From a virus, in IMG/VR virus record IMGVR_UViG_3300025018_000006, positions 16,515-80,514 of that record: a stretch of 64,000 nucleotides of DNA, one strand, 5' to 3'. How positions within the stretch are numbered: position 1 is the first letter of the stretch; every line of letters begins with the position of its first letter. This document shows, one piece after another, positions 20,183 through 30,033 of this stretch. The notes under the pieces were generated by a model, which was not told the origin of the DNA, searched no databases, and worked only from the letters and a program-made list of their open reading frames with translations. Position numbers and translations under genes: made by a program.

Positions 20183-22414
20183 TTATACTTCAAAAGGATT
20201 TGCAGATTGAGGTTTCCTGGACTGCATAGATCCTTTAGCTATATTATTCTGAAAATCCTGAGTCGCTTTCATTGCACCTTTAAGTTGTTCGATCTCTTTT
20301 TTTCCTTCAGTTCTTAAAACTTCCATATCTTTATCATGTGATTGACGATCTTCGCGATCTTCTTTAGCTATCTGAAGGTTTGCTTCAATCTCTTTATTCT
20401 TACTTTCTTGAGAAACCCTGCTCTCTTGTTGACGTATAGCAGCAAGTTCATCATGAGCTTCATCAAGTATTTTAATAGCTTTTGCGAAATTATCTTCCAT
20501 AAAGAACTTAGCAACATCTTTTGTTCTAAGCAATCCACCATTTATTTCCTGAGCAAATAATCCCTCTATCTTTTGTAATGTTAATTGTTCTTTCCTACCA
20601 TCAGTTATACTTACAGCATAATTACTAAAAATAAGATTTTTAGTTGAAATAAGATACTGAATTTCCTCATCAGAAAGAACAAATCTTCTTGAATCTAAAC
20701 CTTCATTAACTTCATTAAGTTTTGTTTTTTCAGCTAATTTCATCAATACTCTTTCGATATATTCTTTTATGAAATAGAACATATCATGTGTCATAGATCT
20801 TGATGCTTCAATATTATTCGTATTAGTAGTTGCTGTAGTAGCTGCCTGTCCTAATCCTTGCCTTGATTCATTCATGCCCGTAATACGATCCATCACCCTT
20901 TCTATATCCATAGCCTGATTTAGCAAAACAACAAGATTCTGGCTTTGCCCAAGATTTAAAGCTCCAATACCGACTTTTCCACTTTCACCATCAGATGCAC
21001 TTCTATTACCTTCCGCAGATGAATTATATCTAACCACACCATCTTCACTTACAGAATGCAAAATATCAATAAATCTTTTTCCTTTCGGAATAAATGCATC
21101 ATCATAAATAAGTGTGTCTCCGCGAATTTTACGAATCTCTTTATTGATCATGAATCTAATATCATCATAGATTCTTTCAAGTTCATAAATGATTTCCTGT
21201 ATAGATACCCTAAATCCATTAACGGTACTAAACAACATTCCTGTATAATCAAAATCAGCTTTAAATTTACCATTTTCATTTAAACGCTGAATAATGTATT
21301 CTTCTTTTTTTGCCGAAGTATAGATGTCTTTATTTATCCTTGAAGCAGTCCAGATGATTTCTCGATAGTATTTATCAACTTTATACTTACCGGCTTTAAC
21401 ATCTTTCTTTATTTTAGATGCGTTTTCATTATAATACTCTTCACTAAGTATTCTTTTATATGGAACGTCAGATCCTTTAGCCGGTGATGTCTTTAAATAA
21501 ACCGTTTCCAATCCTTTCCATTGAATAGTATAAACAGGGAAAGCTGGATGTCCGTTGATCACATCTATTGATCCATATCTTTCATCTGTTGAAAATTCAT
21601 CTTTTTGCTTTTTTAATTCTTCTTTTTGAGCTTTCGATAATTTAAACTCTGGATTTGCAACTATTTCGTGATAATACATAGGCCTTACTTCCCCTAAATA
21701 AGGAGTTCTATCAAGGAAAGCATCAAATACAGATTCTTCATATATAGCATATTTCGCGGGAATAGCTCGGTAAGTATCCGTTCCGTCAGCATTTCTTTCA
21801 TTCTTCCCAAAAACCTCAGCTGCTATAGTAAGATCAACAAAATTCTGATAAAATTGAGCTTTAAGTCTTTCGTTTTTCAACTTATCCTGAATAATGGTTC
21901 CCATAACCATCTCATTAGCAAGTTTGAAGTTATTCATTGTCCAATAACTCTTATCGTTTTTATCAGGTATTTTAATTCCTTCAAAAACATTATATCCCTG
22001 AGCTCTAGCTGATTCAATATAAGGTTTAGCCAAAGCCATGCCAAGCATATTTTTATACTTCTGCATTTTTTCATTTTGAGCATCTCTATTTACGCTCGAT
22101 ACCTGTGCTACTATTGGAATTTGGAGGAACTCTCCATGAAGTTGTTTTAATTTTGATCTACCTAATCGGTACTTAATATACTTTGTCTTTGATTGTTTTC
22201 CGGTTGTTTTAATAATGCTATCAATTTCTGCTTTATCAACAACACCATTATACGAATTATAGAGTTTATCTAACCTGGCACGCCTGCCTGAACGAGCTTC
22301 CCATTGAAAAACTGCATAGTCAAGCATCTCTTTAACTTGCTGGTTATTAGATCCTTCTTTCGAAAAATCAACATCTGTTATGTCTGGAAATGCCATGCTA
22401 TCAAGGTTTCTCAA
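20183..22414 (-). CDS. Portal protein
   Basis: About 740 aa after terminase; ITGMNESRQG motif; C-terminal coiled coil; likely start ATG at 22396. Confidence 0.85.
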   Translation of the reverse strand: MRNLDSMAFPDITDVDFSKEGSNNQQVKEMLDYAVFQWEARSGRRARLDKLYNSYNGVVDKAEIDSIIKTTGKQSKTKYIKYRLGRSKLKQLHGEFLQIPIVAQVSSVNRDAQNEKMQKYKNMLGMALAKPYIESARAQGYNVFEGIKIPDKNDKSYWTMNNFKLANEMVMGTIIQDKLKNERLKAQFYQNFVDLTIAAEVFGKNERNADGTDTYRAIPAKYAIYEESVFDAFLDRTPYLGEVRPMYYHEIVANPEFKLSKAQKEELKKQKDEFSTDERYGSIDVINGHPAFPVYTIQWKGLETVYLKTSPAKGSDVPYKRILSEEYYNENASKIKKDVKAGKYKVDKYYREIIWTASRINKDIYTSAKKEEYIIQRLNENGKFKADFDYTGMLFSTVNGFRVSIQEIIYELERIYDDIRFMINKEIRKIRGDTLIYDDAFIPKGKRFIDILHSVSEDGVVRYNSSAEGNRSASDGESGKVGIGALNLGQSQNLVVLLNQAMDIERVMDRITGMNESRQGLGQAATTATTNTNNIEASRSMTHDMFYFIKEYIERVLMKLAEKTKLNEVNEGLDSRRFVLSDEEIQYLISTKNLIFSNYAVSITDGRKEQLTLQKIEGLFAQEINGGLLRTKDVAKFFMEDNFAKAIKILDEAHDELAAIRQQESRVSQESKNKEIEANLQIAKEDREDRQSHDKDMEVLRTEGKKEIEQLKGAMKATQDFQNNIAKGSMQSRKPQSANPFEV

Positions 22415-22445
22415 AAATATAAAAAAATAATTAACAAATAAAAAT

Positions 22446-24563
22446 TTATAATGTTTTTTTTATGTCCGGATCTGAATTTTCATTTTCATAAGAATAGCCG
22501 GGCCTCCACCTACCTTGACCTTCAGACAATTCTGATGGTGAAAATTTTTTTGTTCCTTTGCTATTTTTATCACTTTTAAGTATAGCATTTCCATTTTGAT
22601 CATGAGTCCATTCCGGATCATCATATTTTGGTGCCATTATTTCTGATGATTTTCTTGGCCTTGTTTTCATGTCATTAATACGCATAATTGCATAAGCCAA
22701 TGCATCAACGCTATCCCAGTCTGTACCTATATATTCTTCATCGTATGCTAATAAATCTCTTAGTAATTGAGGAAAATTACAGAACTGCACAAAATCCTCT
22801 ACCCATGATTGAACAACTCCAAGTATTAAAGGTTTAGAATACCCAGTCATTTTTGCTCCAAATTTATGTAATTGCTGACTCTTTGGAGAATCAAAAGCTT
22901 TTGGCCTTGGGGATAAATAAATCCTTCCATCATTTTTCAGATAATGGTCGATGACAAAATCCTGCTCGGCATTACACATGGTATTTCGTTTAAGTCCGTA
23001 CCATACCGATATTTTAAGACAGTTGTCATAAAACATTTCTTTCCTTGCCGGTCTCTGATAGTATAAGCATATCGGATATTCAGCTCTATGTATCCCTTCA
23101 TTTTCTAAATTTACTTTATTTCCTTGTCTAGCAACAATCATTGCACCCAATGAAGAACCTGATTGTGTCTGATCTTGGTTATATCCGTCAATACCACCAA
23201 TATCAAGATCAAGTATATCTTTTCTTGGTTCTTGATAAACCCAAACAATATGTCCTTCAGGATCACCTTTTTTAGCCGGACGTGCCGTTACTTCCAAAGG
23301 CATTTTTCTTCTTTTTATTCCATCCTCATCTATATCATAAACCCAGTCAAGAATCATAGGTTTGTATGAAGTTTTATCACCTTCTATATCAAAAAGACGA
23401 GAATATATTTTTTCATCATTAAAATTATTGCTTCCACCTGACGTAAAAGCTTCTTCAATTGTTAATGGATAGTTCTGATTATGTTCTTTTAATTTTTTCT
23501 TATTTGGCAACTTTGAATATTCTACCCTTTTTCTTAAAATAAAATCCTGAGCTGCTTCAATATCTTCACATCCTAATCTTTGCCACGTTTTATATTTTCT
23601 CAAATTTGGAATAGCATCTACTTTTTTCCCATCGTCAGGATCAATTAGATATTCACTTTGCTTGTTTCCAAAAAATGGAAAATAAAGACGAGTACCAGGT
23701 ACCCAGAATTTTTCTAATCCATAAGATTCAGCATTATCCCAAAATTCTTTAAAATCTTTTGAAGTTGATAATATATTTCCACCGGTACCATAAATATAGA
23801 AAGTACCTAATATCTGAGAACCAAATTCAAGTGCAGGTTTAATAGATTCAAATGCCTGGCCAAGAAGTTTAAATTGTCCAGATTCCTCAAAAACAACATC
23901 ATGAAAATATTCACCCTCGAGTTTCTTTGGATCGTCATACATTGTTTCAAAGGATAGCCTACCCCCATATCCGTCTTCAACATACCCGCCGATAGGATCT
24001 TTTCTTTCATAACCGACATGAAACATTTTATCATTATCCTTAAGAAAATTTAAACGAAGCTCATCATGAAATTTAGCTTGTGCTGCATCAAACTTTTTTC
24101 TTAAACCAACCTGATAAGTTTCAAGACCTGCTGCAATAGCACCTCTATATCCTTCAATAAATCTAATACCATGACTAAGAATTGTCTGAGCTTTTTCAGA
24201 CGCTCCTTTACGCCTGGCTTTAGGCATTACTATACCAGTCTTTTGATATTTCTTTACATAATCGACTAACTTGTAATATTCTAAATCAAGATCTACATAC
24301 ATTGGATATGTCGGGCCTCGAAGACCCTGAAGAATCACAAAGTTTAAAAAAAAATAATACCGGCCAGGAATATGTATCCCTCCGGTATCGTAACCATTTA
24401 AACAACGGTCAAACTGCTCATCCCAAAATTGTTCATAATCCCGGGTACCGATAACTTTTATATTACTTTTTCCATCGGCATAGATAGGTATATTACCCGC
24501 TACTGGCGATGGATCAAATCCTCTTCTTTTGATTAACGGTGTATATGGTTTCTGAAATCCCAT
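22446..24563 (-). CDS. terL: Terminase large subunit
   Basis: KARRKGAS Walker A, VVFEESG Walker B, GTGG, GGIDGY nuclease motif, DSVDALA. Confidence 0.9.
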   Translation of the reverse strand: MGFQKPYTPLIKRRGFDPSPVAGNIPIYADGKSNIKVIGTRDYEQFWDEQFDRCLNGYDTGGIHIPGRYYFFLNFVILQGLRGPTYPMYVDLDLEYYKLVDYVKKYQKTGIVMPKARRKGASEKAQTILSHGIRFIEGYRGAIAAGLETYQVGLRKKFDAAQAKFHDELRLNFLKDNDKMFHVGYERKDPIGGYVEDGYGGRLSFETMYDDPKKLEGEYFHDVVFEESGQFKLLGQAFESIKPALEFGSQILGTFYIYGTGGNILSTSKDFKEFWDNAESYGLEKFWVPGTRLYFPFFGNKQSEYLIDPDDGKKVDAIPNLRKYKTWQRLGCEDIEAAQDFILRKRVEYSKLPNKKKLKEHNQNYPLTIEEAFTSGGSNNFNDEKIYSRLFDIEGDKTSYKPMILDWVYDIDEDGIKRRKMPLEVTARPAKKGDPEGHIVWVYQEPRKDILDLDIGGIDGYNQDQTQSGSSLGAMIVARQGNKVNLENEGIHRAEYPICLYYQRPARKEMFYDNCLKISVWYGLKRNTMCNAEQDFVIDHYLKNDGRIYLSPRPKAFDSPKSQQLHKFGAKMTGYSKPLILGVVQSWVEDFVQFCNFPQLLRDLLAYDEEYIGTDWDSVDALAYAIMRINDMKTRPRKSSEIMAPKYDDPEWTHDQNGNAILKSDKNSKGTKKFSPSELSEGQGRWRPGYSYENENSDPDIKKTL

Positions 24564-25093
24564 TAAGTATTTTTCTTAAAGTCAGCATAATCTTTTTGCC
24601 TTCTTTGCCACATCTCAATATAACTTAATTTCTTTTGCCCTTTTAACTGAATGTTATCTCCTTCTTCAATATCTAATTCATGCTGCATTGACGATACTCT
24701 ATCCTGCATAAAATTGATCGTTGAATCAATTTCTTTCATTCTTGAAAAAGTAGTATCTGGAGCAATAGATTCTTTTTGAAGCTTTCGGATCTTTTCAATA
24801 TAAATATCAATAGTTTCCCTTCTTATATCAAAAACCAATGATTTATAAACATCCATGGCCAGCTGTATTTTCTCTGTCTCTGGATTCTTTTTCGAATCTC
24901 CATAAACATTTTTTCTGGCCATTAACCGGCGTTCCGATATAGGCTTCTTTCTATATGGACCGTCTACATAATCAACAACAAGAATTACATAGCGAAGTTC
25001 ATCGTTATTAAGGTTACTCAATTCCGGAACTAATTTAACAGCATCCGGATTGAGTATAACCTCAAAGTTTTTATCCATTTGAAAAACTGCCAT
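24563..25093 (-). CDS. Putative terminase small subunit
   Basis: 176-aa helical protein abutting terL. Confidence 0.5.
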   Translation of the reverse strand: MAVFQMDKNFEVILNPDAVKLVPELSNLNNDELRYVILVVDYVDGPYRKKPISERRLMARKNVYGDSKKNPETEKIQLAMDVYKSLVFDIRRETIDIYIEKIRKLQKESIAPDTTFSRMKEIDSTINFMQDRVSSMQHELDIEEGDNIQLKGQKKLSYIEMWQRRQKDYADFKKNT

Positions 25094-25896
25094 TACCAGT
25101 CGTCCTCCTCATAGGTTTCATCTTCCTTTACATTCATTTCAGGTAAAGGTTTCAAAGATTTATGATGTTCAAGCAATGCCTGAGCTTCATATTTCATGTA
25201 AGGAACGGGTATTTTATGTAATTTCAAATGATTATCTACAAACAAAATAGCCATTCTTCCAATTTTTATACCCCACGTTATCTGAGACATAAAAGCATAA
25301 ACGCTTAACTGCAAAGCATAATGATTAAAGTTACAATCTTCCAAATGATCTAATGGCGGTAATAGAAATCTGTTATAGTGCTTGTAAGGAATTTTCTTTC
25401 TTGATACACTATCATATTCTATTCCTTTTGATTCATTGGTTTTGTAATCATAAAAATCAAATACAGTATCTTTACTTCTCTGTCTTTGAACAACAAGATC
25501 ACTCATTCCGCTTACCATATATTCCATTGAGTGGATTAAAGCTTCAGGATAATAACGGTATCCCTCTTTAAATATTGGATTTAACTGAGTTACTACATCA
25601 TTTAACTTAGGGTCAATCTCTCCGGTTAATAAGTATTTCTCAAGATTATCATGTATCCAGTTACCTCTGTCGATAGATGAATCTCTTTTTTCATCCCATT
25701 GAGCTAATATTTTCTTTTGCTCTGACTTGTCTCCTTTTGCCATAGCAAGAGATATTCCTTGACGATCAAAATGCATTTTTACTTTTCCAATAACCCTTGT
25801 CGTACTAGCTAATTCTTCCCCGAATTTTGTAAAGTATTGGTGAGTATCTTCTTTAAAATAAACGGAGTCGTCTTTATTAAAGATGTTATCTACCAT
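25093..25896 (-). CDS. PD-(D/E)XK (Cas4/RecB-like) exonuclease
   Basis: RGNWIH, SGMSDL, YDYKT, YALQLSVY. Confidence 0.85.
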   Translation of the reverse strand: MVDNIFNKDDSVYFKEDTHQYFTKFGEELASTTRVIGKVKMHFDRQGISLAMAKGDKSEQKKILAQWDEKRDSSIDRGNWIHDNLEKYLLTGEIDPKLNDVVTQLNPIFKEGYRYYPEALIHSMEYMVSGMSDLVVQRQRSKDTVFDFYDYKTNESKGIEYDSVSRKKIPYKHYNRFLLPPLDHLEDCNFNHYALQLSVYAFMSQITWGIKIGRMAILFVDNHLKLHKIPVPYMKYEAQALLEHHKSLKPLPEMNVKEDETYEEDDW

Positions 25897-26945
25897 TCGT
25901 CTGTTCCCTCCTCTTGTTCTTCATCAGGAAGTTCAACACCCATATTCTCTGAATGCTCAAGTAATGTTAAATCAATATTAGCAGCTTGTTCAGCTTTTGT
26001 TTTGTTACGAGGAACATCACCTGTTATGTCTGCCGGTATGTCCGCTGCTGGTGGCCCATAAGGGTTTTTCTTTTCATCGACTGTAATATTTTCGGATTCC
26101 CCATTGCTATCCTCCTGTTCATAATCAGGTTTATTCTCCTGTAACCCTTTATTCCCACCATTATCGGGATCTGGTTCTGATTGCTCTTGATCTGATTCTT
26201 CTTCTTCAGAATCATCGTTTTTTGCTTCCTGCTGAAGTTTCGCGTCAATAGTGCGAGTACTTTTGTGTAAAACTGATTCATCTTCATTGTTATTTTCATT
26301 AAGCATTGTATCAGAAGCCTCATTGTCCATCATGATAATGGCTCCACGTTTCATCATATATTCAAAAACTGCTTCAACAATTTCATCTTTATTCTTTCCA
26401 CTTTTAAGCTCTTCCGGAAGTTCTTTTATTGCCTGATCAATAGGAATAGCCTGAGCACGTAAATATCCTGATATTTCTTTAGCAATATTATCAAGCACTG
26501 TTTGAGCTTCTGAAAAGAAACCTATATCATCATCAGCTGTGATAAACGGAGTGCTGAATCCCATTTTCTTACCTTCAACTGCTTCAATAGTTCCGGTTAA
26601 TAAAAACCCTTTCTTGGTAGCTTTGGCACCCGTAACACTTATGATGTTCCACAAATACTTTAGCAGAAGATGGACTTTAGATGGTTCCGCATCTGTAATT
26701 GGAAGTATTGAATATGACTGATTATCGTAAAACTTTGAATATGGGGCTATCCAATGTCCGGTTAAATTAAGTAAGAAATATTTGAGTTTATTGACTTCCT
26801 TTTTAAGTTCATCGGAAACCATTACTTTCCTTGTTCTTTTTACATCATCAACAATTTTAAAATGTCCTGATGCAAGGTATTCTTTAGCCTCAACTACAAT
26901 ACCATCATTACCCTCATTTAAGAGTTTAAATTTCATAATATTCAT
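25890..26945 (-). CDS. Hypothetical protein with acidic C-terminal tail
   Basis: 351-aa ORF. Confidence 0.6.
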   Translation of the reverse strand: MNIMKFKLLNEGNDGIVVEAKEYLASGHFKIVDDVKRTRKVMVSDELKKEVNKLKYFLLNLTGHWIAPYSKFYDNQSYSILPITDAEPSKVHLLLKYLWNIISVTGAKATKKGFLLTGTIEAVEGKKMGFSTPFITADDDIGFFSEAQTVLDNIAKEISGYLRAQAIPIDQAIKELPEELKSGKNKDEIVEAVFEYMMKRGAIIMMDNEASDTMLNENNNEDESVLHKSTRTIDAKLQQEAKNDDSEEEESDQEQSEPDPDNGGNKGLQENKPDYEQEDSNGESENITVDEKKNPYGPPAADIPADITGDVPRNKTKAEQAANIDLTLLEHSENMGVELPDEEQEEGTDEW

Positions 26946-27029
26946 AACGATAACGTTTTATTAATAAAAAAATATAAATACAAATATAAAAAAATCCTGG
27001 CAATATTTATATATCACCAGGATTAAGGA

Positions 27030-27206
27030 TTAGGAATGTACAAAAATCTTTGATTTTTTAACCGGAGCTTTCTTGAGTTTTTTCTTCTGCTTAGCGATAA
27101 TCTTACCGGCATCATTCAATGCTTTGTTTAGATTTTTGTTCTCAGATACAAGATCAAGAATCTTCTCTTCAAGATCTGCTTTTGTCAATTCTTTTTTTGC
27201 TGTCAT
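27030..27206 (-). CDS. Small basic coiled-coil protein (58 aa, not in track)
   Basis: MTAKKELTKADLEEKILDLVSENKNL...IFVHS; followed by ATCCTGG/CCAGGAT hairpin. Confidence 0.55.
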   Translation of the reverse strand: MTAKKELTKADLEEKILDLVSENKNLNKALNDAGKIIAKQKKKLKKAPVKKSKIFVHS

Positions 27207-27286
27207 GTTTTAAAACTTTAATTTTTACAATCGATTGTCGATGTAAATTTATTTAAAAATAAATCAATAAACAATAAATCAGTAGT

Positions 27287-27916
27287 TTAAAGTTTCAAAT
27301 CATCTGCAGTAGGCTCTATCTTATCCTCTGTTTCCGGTACCTTACTTGATGGATATGGATTAGGAGTATTAAGTCTCTTTAAATCCATTCCAAGCCACAT
27401 AATCCCTTCCTGCAATTTGGTAACCGATAAAGATTTTTCACGAGAAGGAAATCTGTCTGCACATTTCTTAACTTCTTGAAGCATATTATCAATTCCTTTT
27501 CTTAATCCTTTTATCTGAACAATCTCAGATGGTTCGGTAATTTTCTTTTCGGGAGTAAACACATCTACAATGGCTTTGAAAAGAGCATCTTTCTTTCTTT
27601 GAAATTCCGGTAAGTCATCATAAGGAACAAGGCATGGATGAGTCTTTACTTCAGGATCTTTTTCCTCACCAAGAATCCAACCGTCTTCAATTTTTTCAAT
27701 CATCCAATTATCATGCATCTTCTTATCTGTAACAAACGGATTATTCAAACGAAAAGCAACTCCATTATATGCAGATTGCTGCTGCCATTTTGGTGCATTA
27801 TCCCAATCAAACTGTGAAAAATCTCCATTGTTTTCACAATATGCTTTATTTGCCTGATGACAAATTTTAGCTATTTCCAATATAGGCTCAGGACTAAATA
27901 CCTCTCTTTTTTCCAT
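27287..27916 (-). CDS. RyR-domain protein fused to an Acb2/Tad1-like helical hairpin
   Basis: HDNWM..KIEDGW...KTHPCLVPYDDLPEFQRKKD (RyR); SREKSLSVTKLQEGIMWL. Confidence 0.7.
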   Translation of the reverse strand: MEKREVFSPEPILEIAKICHQANKAYCENNGDFSQFDWDNAPKWQQQSAYNGVAFRLNNPFVTDKKMHDNWMIEKIEDGWILGEEKDPEVKTHPCLVPYDDLPEFQRKKDALFKAIVDVFTPEKKITEPSEIVQIKGLRKGIDNMLQEVKKCADRFPSREKSLSVTKLQEGIMWLGMDLKRLNTPNPYPSSKVPETEDKIEPTADDLKL

Positions 27917-27920
27917 AATT

Positions 27921-28118
27921 CTATCTTTTATTAGTTAATAATACTGCTAATCCCCATAAAATCACGTCAAATACAGCTGTTGCAATATGCCAGATAAGAA
28001 TCCACAACAAAGCCGTTCCAAATGTATCAGGTTTAGTTTTGTTAAAAGTAACAATACCTATCACTATCCACATTACTAACATTAACGCTGTAAATATACA
28101 TGATGAATATTCTTTCAT
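27921..28118 (-). CDS. Small membrane protein
   Basis: 65 aa, two TM helices. Confidence 0.55.
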   Translation of the reverse strand: MKEYSSCIFTALMLVMWIVIGIVTFNKTKPDTFGTALLWILIWHIATAVFDVILWGLAVLLTNKR

Positions 28119-28127
28119 AATTTTTAT

Positions 28128-28379
28128 TTAATTAATTTTCTCAATAAGTAATTCTGATTTATGCACGTTAGGAGGTCTGAATCCGTGCTTTCGGAAGTTT
28201 ACAACAATATCATTCCATTGATCATGCGATAAAACATCTCTCCATTCAGGTTTGTTATGTATTGAACAAAAATGTTTCTTCACACCTGTCTTTTGTAAGA
28301 AAGTTTCATTCTCATCTTTTAATACTAACCTGACTGTAATCGTTGCCAGATTATCGCAGTATCTCTGATCGCATGTCAT
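28128..28379 (-). CDS. Small putative Zn-binding protein
   Basis: CxxxxC...CxxH. Confidence 0.5.
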   Translation of the reverse strand: MTCDQRYCDNLATITVRLVLKDENETFLQKTGVKKHFCSIHNKPEWRDVLSHDQWNDIVVNFRKHGFRPPNVHKSELLIEKIN

Positions 28380-28756
28380 AAGCTTATAATTGAATCGTGA
28401 ATAGATTTATCGTAATATTTTGTTGCTCCAAACAGATTCATAATCACAGCTTCTTCACACCTCTCTACAAAACCTCTATATCTCCACTTGAAGTTTTTAA
28501 CTCCATACTGTTCTTCTACCTGAAAATTTGTTTTGGAAAGCTGACCTTCTTTAGTCAGATTGGTTATCGCCCGACGAACAGAAGTAATCGGTGCCCCGGG
28601 AAGAACCTGCTTCTGAATCTCAAACGGAATGAATGATTTACCTTTATTGATATAAAAGAACCACAATATCTTCTCCTGTTGAGCCTCAGCATTCCGCCGA
28701 AGCTTAGTAAGCGACGTACCACTCTCATAAATAGTGTTGTAAAAATCTTCATTCAT
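28376..28756 (-). CDS. Winged-HTH DNA-binding protein
   Basis: PITSVRRAITNLTKEGQLSKT. Confidence 0.65.
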   Translation of the reverse strand: MNEDFYNTIYESGTSLTKLRRNAEAQQEKILWFFYINKGKSFIPFEIQKQVLPGAPITSVRRAITNLTKEGQLSKTNFQVEEQYGVKNFKWRYRGFVERCEEAVIMNLFGATKYYDKSIHDSIISL

Positions 28757-28881
28757 TTTTTTTGTTCCCCTTTTAAATTTAGCTAAGATTTACCAGAGAG
28801 TAACATAGGAAATGTCACGAACCTACGCTTAGGCAACTCTCTGGAAAATCATTAACCTGTCCTTATGGAAGTAGACATATC

Positions 28882-29280
28882 TTAATTCAATAAATGTTCT
28901 AATCCCTGATAACCACCCATGTGCTTTTTCTGCACATAAGTATCCTGATTCTTCATGGCAAACATATTCCAACTCCATATATCTTCAAAGACAATTACAC
29001 TAACTATCTTTAATGGATTGTTTTTACCACCTGAAAAAGTCCTGATAGACGTTTCAATAACAGTTATCTCACCAAACTCAGGCTTGAATACACTATTGGC
29101 AAAACCCCTAATGTAATCATCTCCCATATTCTCAATCTCACCAACTGCATTGAATATACCCTTTATCCTAAAAGAACGCATCTGTTCTTTAGTAAATTCT
29201 ACATCACGAGCCTTTATAGTCCGTAACTCCCTATCAAAATCTTCTTTACCGTAAGTCATACTTTCTTTGTATTTTTCCAT
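28882..29280 (-). CDS. Hypothetical protein
   Basis: 132-aa ORF in operon orientation. Confidence 0.55.
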   Translation of the reverse strand: MEKYKESMTYGKEDFDRELRTIKARDVEFTKEQMRSFRIKGIFNAVGEIENMGDDYIRGFANSVFKPEFGEITVIETSIRTFSGGKNNPLKIVSVIVFEDIWSWNMFAMKNQDTYVQKKHMGGYQGLEHLLN

Positions 29281-29338
29281 TTATAAATTGATTTAAAAGT
29301 TCGAAAAAGTGAATAACTTCGTTAGTAACAATCACCTT

Positions 29339-29563
29339 TTAATCAACCTCCAAATCATCAAAGTCATCATCATTCCACTTATTAACATCATTCAATCCCT
29401 TCAGTAATATCATCCTCTCATAAGCATGATCAGCTAACACATTCCTTATAAATACAGAAAACGGCCTCCTCTTACCTTCCTCATTTACCGGACCCTCCTT
29501 CTTATGTAAGTAACGAAGCTTGTCCAATAACTCCTGGTCAAAATTAATTAACAGTTTCTTCAT
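29339..29563 (-). CDS. Ribbon-helix-helix regulator
   Basis: KKLLINFDQELLDKL...FSVFIRNVL: strand-helix-helix pattern. Confidence 0.65.
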   Translation of the reverse strand: MKKLLINFDQELLDKLRYLHKKEGPVNEEGKRRPFSVFIRNVLADHAYERMILLKGLNDVNKWNDDDFDDLEVD

Positions 29564-29567
29564 TAAG

Positions 29568-29667
29568 CAAATATAAACCTCTTTTTACTACAAAACAAAT
29601 ATTTTAACCTAAAAGTATATACTTTTACCCCCTTTTCAAATAAGGGCAATTGTATATACTTTTGCCC
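29568..29667 (-). promoter_or_regulatory. Bacteroidota-type promoter with two palindromic operators
   Basis: Minus-strand TATATTTG (-7 element TAnnTTTG) with TTTG upstream; AAAAGTATATACTTTT at 29611-29626; GGGCAATTGTATATACTTTTGCCC at 29644-29667. Confidence 0.6.
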
Positions 29668-29787
29668 AGAGAGTAAATACAAGTGCGCGGGGTAATATTG
29701 CTAAATCTCAGCTATTTTGTTCTAAAGATGGGTAGGGGGGGCTTTGTATATATAGAGATGGGGCCCCAAATGAAAAAGAAGAAAAAT

Positions 29788-29940
29788 GCTCATTCGTTCG
29801 ATCTAAAAGGTTTTTTTCGCATTTACTCGCTTCGTTTAGTTTAATCAACGAGCTAGTGATGCCATGTTACGTTCTTAACCAACATGATTAAACTAAACTC
29901 GCTCGTAAATCGCTTGACCTTTTATCTCTCACTCATTCGC
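29788..29940 (-). other. Long bottom-strand hairpin with tandem G.A pairs
   Basis: Watson-Crick stems of 14, 6 and 8 bp, separated and extended by GA/GA appositions. Confidence 0.8.
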
Positions 29941-29967
29941 TATGGCTGTGCCAGCCATTAGTATAAT

Positions 29968-29987
29968 GGTGTGCTTCGCACGTATAT
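29968..29987 (+). repeat. 20-bp direct repeat copy 1 (GTGC-GAA-GCAC hairpin on bottom strand)
   Basis: GGTGTGCTTCGCACGTATAT, identical at 31140-31159. Confidence 0.9.
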
Positions 29988-30033
29988 AATTAAGTTATTT
30001 ATTTCTTTGATTATTCATTTAAACTATATCGTT

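Noticed and set aside
19640-20317. 225-aa Ser-rich plus-strand ORF and other overlapping ORFs here
   Set aside because: Shadow frames of the acidic low-complexity scaffold gene
22446-24563. Intein or intron in terminase, or in primase-helicase
   Set aside because: Lengths and motif spacing look normal; no C...HN splice motifs or homing endonuclease signatures seen
25093-25896. Cas4 as part of a CRISPR system
   Set aside because: Generic PD-(D/E)XK nuclease commonly found beside the terminase in crAss-like phages; no Fe-S cysteine cluster and no array
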